From Alphaproteobacteria bacterium (GTDB lineage Bacteria; Pseudomonadota; Alphaproteobacteria; Rhodobacterales; Rhodobacteraceae), in contig JAUILL010000019.1 of NCBI GenBank assembly GCA_030433335.1, positions 708 through 64,707 of the forward strand: a stretch of DNA of 64,000 bases, in the 5' to 3' direction. Shown one piece after another: positions 61,089-64,000 of the stretch. Every line of letters begins with the position of its first letter. Position 1 is the stretch's first letter. The position numbers and the translations under genes are program-made. The notes beneath the pieces are model-generated. The model searched no databases and was not told the DNA's origin. It saw only the letters and a program-made list of their open reading frames with translations.

Positions 61089-62365
61089 TGGGCCTCGCGG
61101 TACTTTTCGGAATTTTCGGGCTGGGTCTGTTTTGCGGCATGCCCGTAGCATTCGCGCTGGGTTTGGCAGCGGTCAGCGGGTTCCTTTACGAAGGGCTGCC
61201 GCTCTTCATCGGGTTCCAGCGCATCCTGTCCGGCGTCTCGGTCTTTTCGCTGCTGGCGATCCCGTTCTTTATCTTTGCGGGCGAGTTGATGATGCAGGGC
61301 GGTATTGCGAACCGTCTGGTGCGTCTGGCGTCTTCGGCCGTGGGGTCGGTGCGCGGCGGTTTAGGCGTGGTGAACGTGCTGTCTTCGATGCTGTTCGGCG
61401 GCATCTCGGGATCGGCCGTGGCGGATACCTCGGCGCTTGGGTCCATCCTGATCCCTGTGATGAAGGACAAAGGATACGACCCCGACTATGCCGTGAACGT
61501 GACGGTGACCTCGTCCGTGGCGGGCGTGGTGATCCCGCCCTCACACAACATGATCCTGTACGCGGTGGCCGCTGGGGGCATGTCCGTGTCCAAGCTGTTC
61601 ATTGCGGGCATCGTTCCGGGTCTGCTGATGTGCCTGTGCCTGGCGATTGTTGCCTATTGGGTTGCAGTGCGCCGAGGCTATCCCGCAGAAACCTTCCCCG
61701 GTTTCAAAGCGCTTGGCGTGGCGACCATCGTGGCGCTGCCCGGTCTGATGACGGCGGTGATCATCGTGGGCGGTGTGCTGTCCGGCGTGATGACCGTCAC
61801 CGAGTCCGGCGCATTCGGAGCGATCTGGGCCATTCTCGTCACCACACTTGTGTACCGCGAACTCACATGGCCCGCATTCAAGCTGGCAGTGCTGACCTCG
61901 GTGCGGACGACGGCGCTGGTGATGCTGCTGGTCGCGACGGCCTCTGCGTTCAGTTACCTTCTGGCTTTGTACCGCGTGCCGGAACTTCTTGGAAATTTCG
62001 TTACCGGTATCAGCGATAATCCGATAATCATTCTCTTGCTGATCAATTTGATCCTTTTGGTTCTGGGAATGATTATGGACATGGCCGCGCTGATCCTGAT
62101 CTGTACGCCGATCTTCCTGCCTGTGGCAGTAGGGCTTGGCATGGATCCAGTGCAGTTTGGCGTGATCTTGATGATGAACCTTGGATTGGGGCTGTGCACC
62201 CCACCTGTCGGCGCTTGCCTCTTTGTGGGCTGTGTCGTGGGCAAGATCCGCATTGAGCAGGCGGTGAAATCGATCCTGCCCTTCTACCTCGCAATTCTGG
62301 TGGCACTGATGCTCGTCACCTACGTGCCGGCGTTCTCGATGTTCCTGCCCGGCCTGATGGAGTGA
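61088..62365 (+). CDS. dctM: TRAP large permease
   Basis: LLAIPFF, FGGISGSAVAD, IPPSHN, TPPVG. Confidence 0.93.
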   Translation: MGLAVLFGIFGLGLFCGMPVAFALGLAAVSGFLYEGLPLFIGFQRILSGVSVFSLLAIPFFIFAGELMMQGGIANRLVRLASSAVGSVRGGLGVVNVLSSMLFGGISGSAVADTSALGSILIPVMKDKGYDPDYAVNVTVTSSVAGVVIPPSHNMILYAVAAGGMSVSKLFIAGIVPGLLMCLCLAIVAYWVAVRRGYPAETFPGFKALGVATIVALPGLMTAVIIVGGVLSGVMTVTESGAFGAIWAILVTTLVYRELTWPAFKLAVLTSVRTTALVMLLVATASAFSYLLALYRVPELLGNFVTGISDNPIIILLLINLILLVLGMIMDMAALILICTPIFLPVAVGLGMDPVQFGVILMMNLGLGLCTPPVGACLFVGCVVGKIRIEQAVKSILPFYLAILVALMLVTYVPAFSMFLPGLME

Positions 62366-62370
62366 GATAC

Positions 62371-63165
62371 ATGATGAAACGACTACTGATCACCGGCGCT
62401 GCAGGCGGTTTGGGCACCATGTGCCGCACCCGTCTGGCGCATATGGCTGAAACCCTGCGCCTGTCCGATGTGGTCCCCATGGGCGAGGCTGCCCCGAACG
62501 AAGAACACGTCGTCTGCGATCTTGCGGACGAGGCTGCGGTCTTTGATCTGGTCAAGGATTGCGACGGGATCATCCACTTAGGCGGCGTGTCGGTCGAGAA
62601 GTCCTATAACCTGATCGAAGCGGCCAACATTCGCGGCGTCTACAACCTGTACGAGGCTGCGCGGGCCAACGGGATGCCTCGGATCGTTTTCGCCAGTTCG
62701 AACCATACCATCGGCTACTACCCGCAGGACCAGCGCTTGACTGCTGACATGCCGGTGCGCCCTGATGGCTGGTACGGTATCTCCAAGGTCTTCGGCGAGT
62801 CCGTCGCCAGCATGTATCACTCGAAGTTCGGCCAAGAGACGGCGCTGCTGCGCATCGGGTCCTGTTTCGAAAAGCCCAAGGATCGCCGCATGATGGCGAC
62901 ATGGCTTAGCTTTGACGATTTCGTATCGCTGATGGAGCGGGTGTTCGCTGTGCCGAAACTGGGTTGCCCGATCATCTGGGGCGCATCGGACAACACCTGC
63001 GGGTGGTGGGACAACAGCCATCTCGGGTGGCTGGGATGGAAGCCGAAAGACGACAGCGAGTTGTTCCGCGAGGAGATTGAGCAGCAACCTCGCAAGGCCG
63101 CCGACGCGCCGGATGTCTTGTGGCAGGGGGGCATGTTCGCGGCGGAACCTGTGCATCGTGACTAG
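62371..63165 (+). CDS. udh: Uronate dehydrogenase-like NAD-dependent SDR
   Basis: LLITGAAGGLG, HLGGVSVE, FASSNHTIG, RPDGWYGISKVFGE, RIGSCF, TWLS, WWDNS. Confidence 0.8.
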   Translation: MMKRLLITGAAGGLGTMCRTRLAHMAETLRLSDVVPMGEAAPNEEHVVCDLADEAAVFDLVKDCDGIIHLGGVSVEKSYNLIEAANIRGVYNLYEAARANGMPRIVFASSNHTIGYYPQDQRLTADMPVRPDGWYGISKVFGESVASMYHSKFGQETALLRIGSCFEKPKDRRMMATWLSFDDFVSLMERVFAVPKLGCPIIWGASDNTCGWWDNSHLGWLGWKPKDDSELFREEIEQQPRKAADAPDVLWQGGMFAAEPVHRD

Positions 63166-63175
63166 CGGCGTTTCC

Positions 63176-63208
63176 GCCTCCGGCGGGAGTATTTTTGCAA
63201 AGATGAAA
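63176..63208. repeat. Probable Rhodobacteraceae short interspersed repeat
   Basis: GCCTCCGGCGGGAGTATTTTTGCAAAGATGAAA resembles a repeat I recall from intergenic regions of Roseobacter-group genomes; single copy in this window. Confidence 0.45.
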
Positions 63209-63266
63209 GATGGAGCGTTTTGCGGGTTGGCTGTTGAGCTGGCTGTGGACGCGGAGGAGATGAGAG

Positions 63267-64000
63267 ATGGGATTTGAACCGCACGGCAAGCATTTGGTGG
63301 CCGGTGAGTGGGTTGCAGGCGACGCGACGTTCAAGAACGAGCCGGTGAGCGGGACTGCGTTTGAGTTCAGCGTTGGCACGCCCGAGCTGGTGGATCAGGC
63401 TTGTCAGGCCGCCGAAGAGGCGTTCTGGGAGTTTGGCTATTCGAGCCGGGAGACGCGGGCGCAGTTCCTTGAGGCGATTGCCGACGAGATTGATGCCCGC
63501 GGTGAAGCGATCACAGAGATCGGCTGCGCTGAGACAGGTTTGCCCGAGGCGCGTTTGGTGGGCGAGCGTGGGCGGACTGTCGGGCAGATCCGCTTGTTCG
63601 CCAGCCACATTCGGGCTGGTGAGTATCTGGACCGCCGGTATGATGAGGCTCTGCCGGATCGGGCGCCTTTGCCCCGTCCGGACCTGCGGATGATGCAGCG
63701 GCCGATCGGGCCTGTGGCGGTGTTCGGGGCTTCAAACTTTCCGTTGGCGTTCAGCACGGCGGGGGGCGATACGGCGGCGGCTTTGGCGGCGGGCTGTCCT
63801 GTTGTGGTCAAGGGCCATGGCGCGCATCCCGGCACCGGCGAGATTGTGGCCGAGGCCATTGCGGCGGCGGTTGAAAAGTGCGGCATGCCGAAGGGTGTGT
63901 TCAGCCTGATCCAGGGCGGCAAGCGCGATGTGGGGCAGGCTTTGGTCCAGCACCCGCTGATCAAGGCGGTTGGCTTTACCGGATCGCTCGGCGGCGGTCG
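63267..64000 (+). CDS. NADP-dependent aldehyde dehydrogenase (alpha-ketoglutaric semialdehyde dehydrogenase type), truncated by the window end
   Basis: Not in the ORF track. [15 protein letters not shown]...[19 protein letters not shown]...PRPDLR...[23 protein letters not shown]...[10 protein letters not shown]. Confidence 0.9.
   Translation, partial: MGFEPHGKHLVAGEWVAGDATFKNEPVSGTAFEFSVGTPELVDQACQAAEEAFWEFGYSSRETRAQFLEAIADEIDARGEAITEIGCAETGLPEARLVGERGRTVGQIRLFASHIRAGEYLDRRYDEALPDRAPLPRPDLRMMQRPIGPVAVFGASNFPLAFSTAGGDTAAALAAGCPVVVKGHGAHPGTGEIVAEAIAAAVEKCGMPKGVFSLIQGGKRDVGQALVQHPLIKAVGFTGSLGGG

Overview
High-GC (~60%) alphaproteobacterial DNA; gene content and style suggest Rhodobacteraceae/Roseobacter group (inference). 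I found no rRNA, tRNA, CRISPR array, transposase or phage genes. Six blocks: (1) 1-20 kb: an uncharacterised CoA-dependent catabolic island with GntR and LysR regulators, two TRAP transporters, two acyl-CoA dehydrogenases, a CoA ligase, a class III CoA transferase, three MaoC/hot-dog proteins, three DHDPS/NAL-family enzymes (two with an atypical NGHAGE motif), an HpcH aldolase, a tautomerase, DUF3830 and a dihydropyrimidinase. (2) 20-23.8 kb: a complete bufferin-type RiPP locus (DUF2282 Cys4 precursor, DUF692 MNIO, DUF2063 partner, DoxX, SigF-like ECF sigma factor, NrsF) with a GTAACG-N16-CGAA promoter, directly downstream of katG. (3) 26-34.7 kb: a dpp ABC operon with an M24 peptidase, an XRE-cupin regulator and a DUF2520 reductase. 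(4) 34.7-40.6 kb: a stand-alone soluble chemosensory trio (Aer2-like heme-PAS receptor, poly-PAS receptor, triple-CheW) with no cheA/cheY nearby. (5) 40.8-58.2 kb: an erythritol uptake/catabolism locus with its own tkt/tal/fbp, interrupted between eryC and eryD by an FMN riboswitch-ribH2 cassette. (6) 58.3-64 kb: yghU, then a uronate TRAP-udh-aldehyde dehydrogenase operon truncated at the window edge. All family calls come from motif recognition by eye; no database searches were run.
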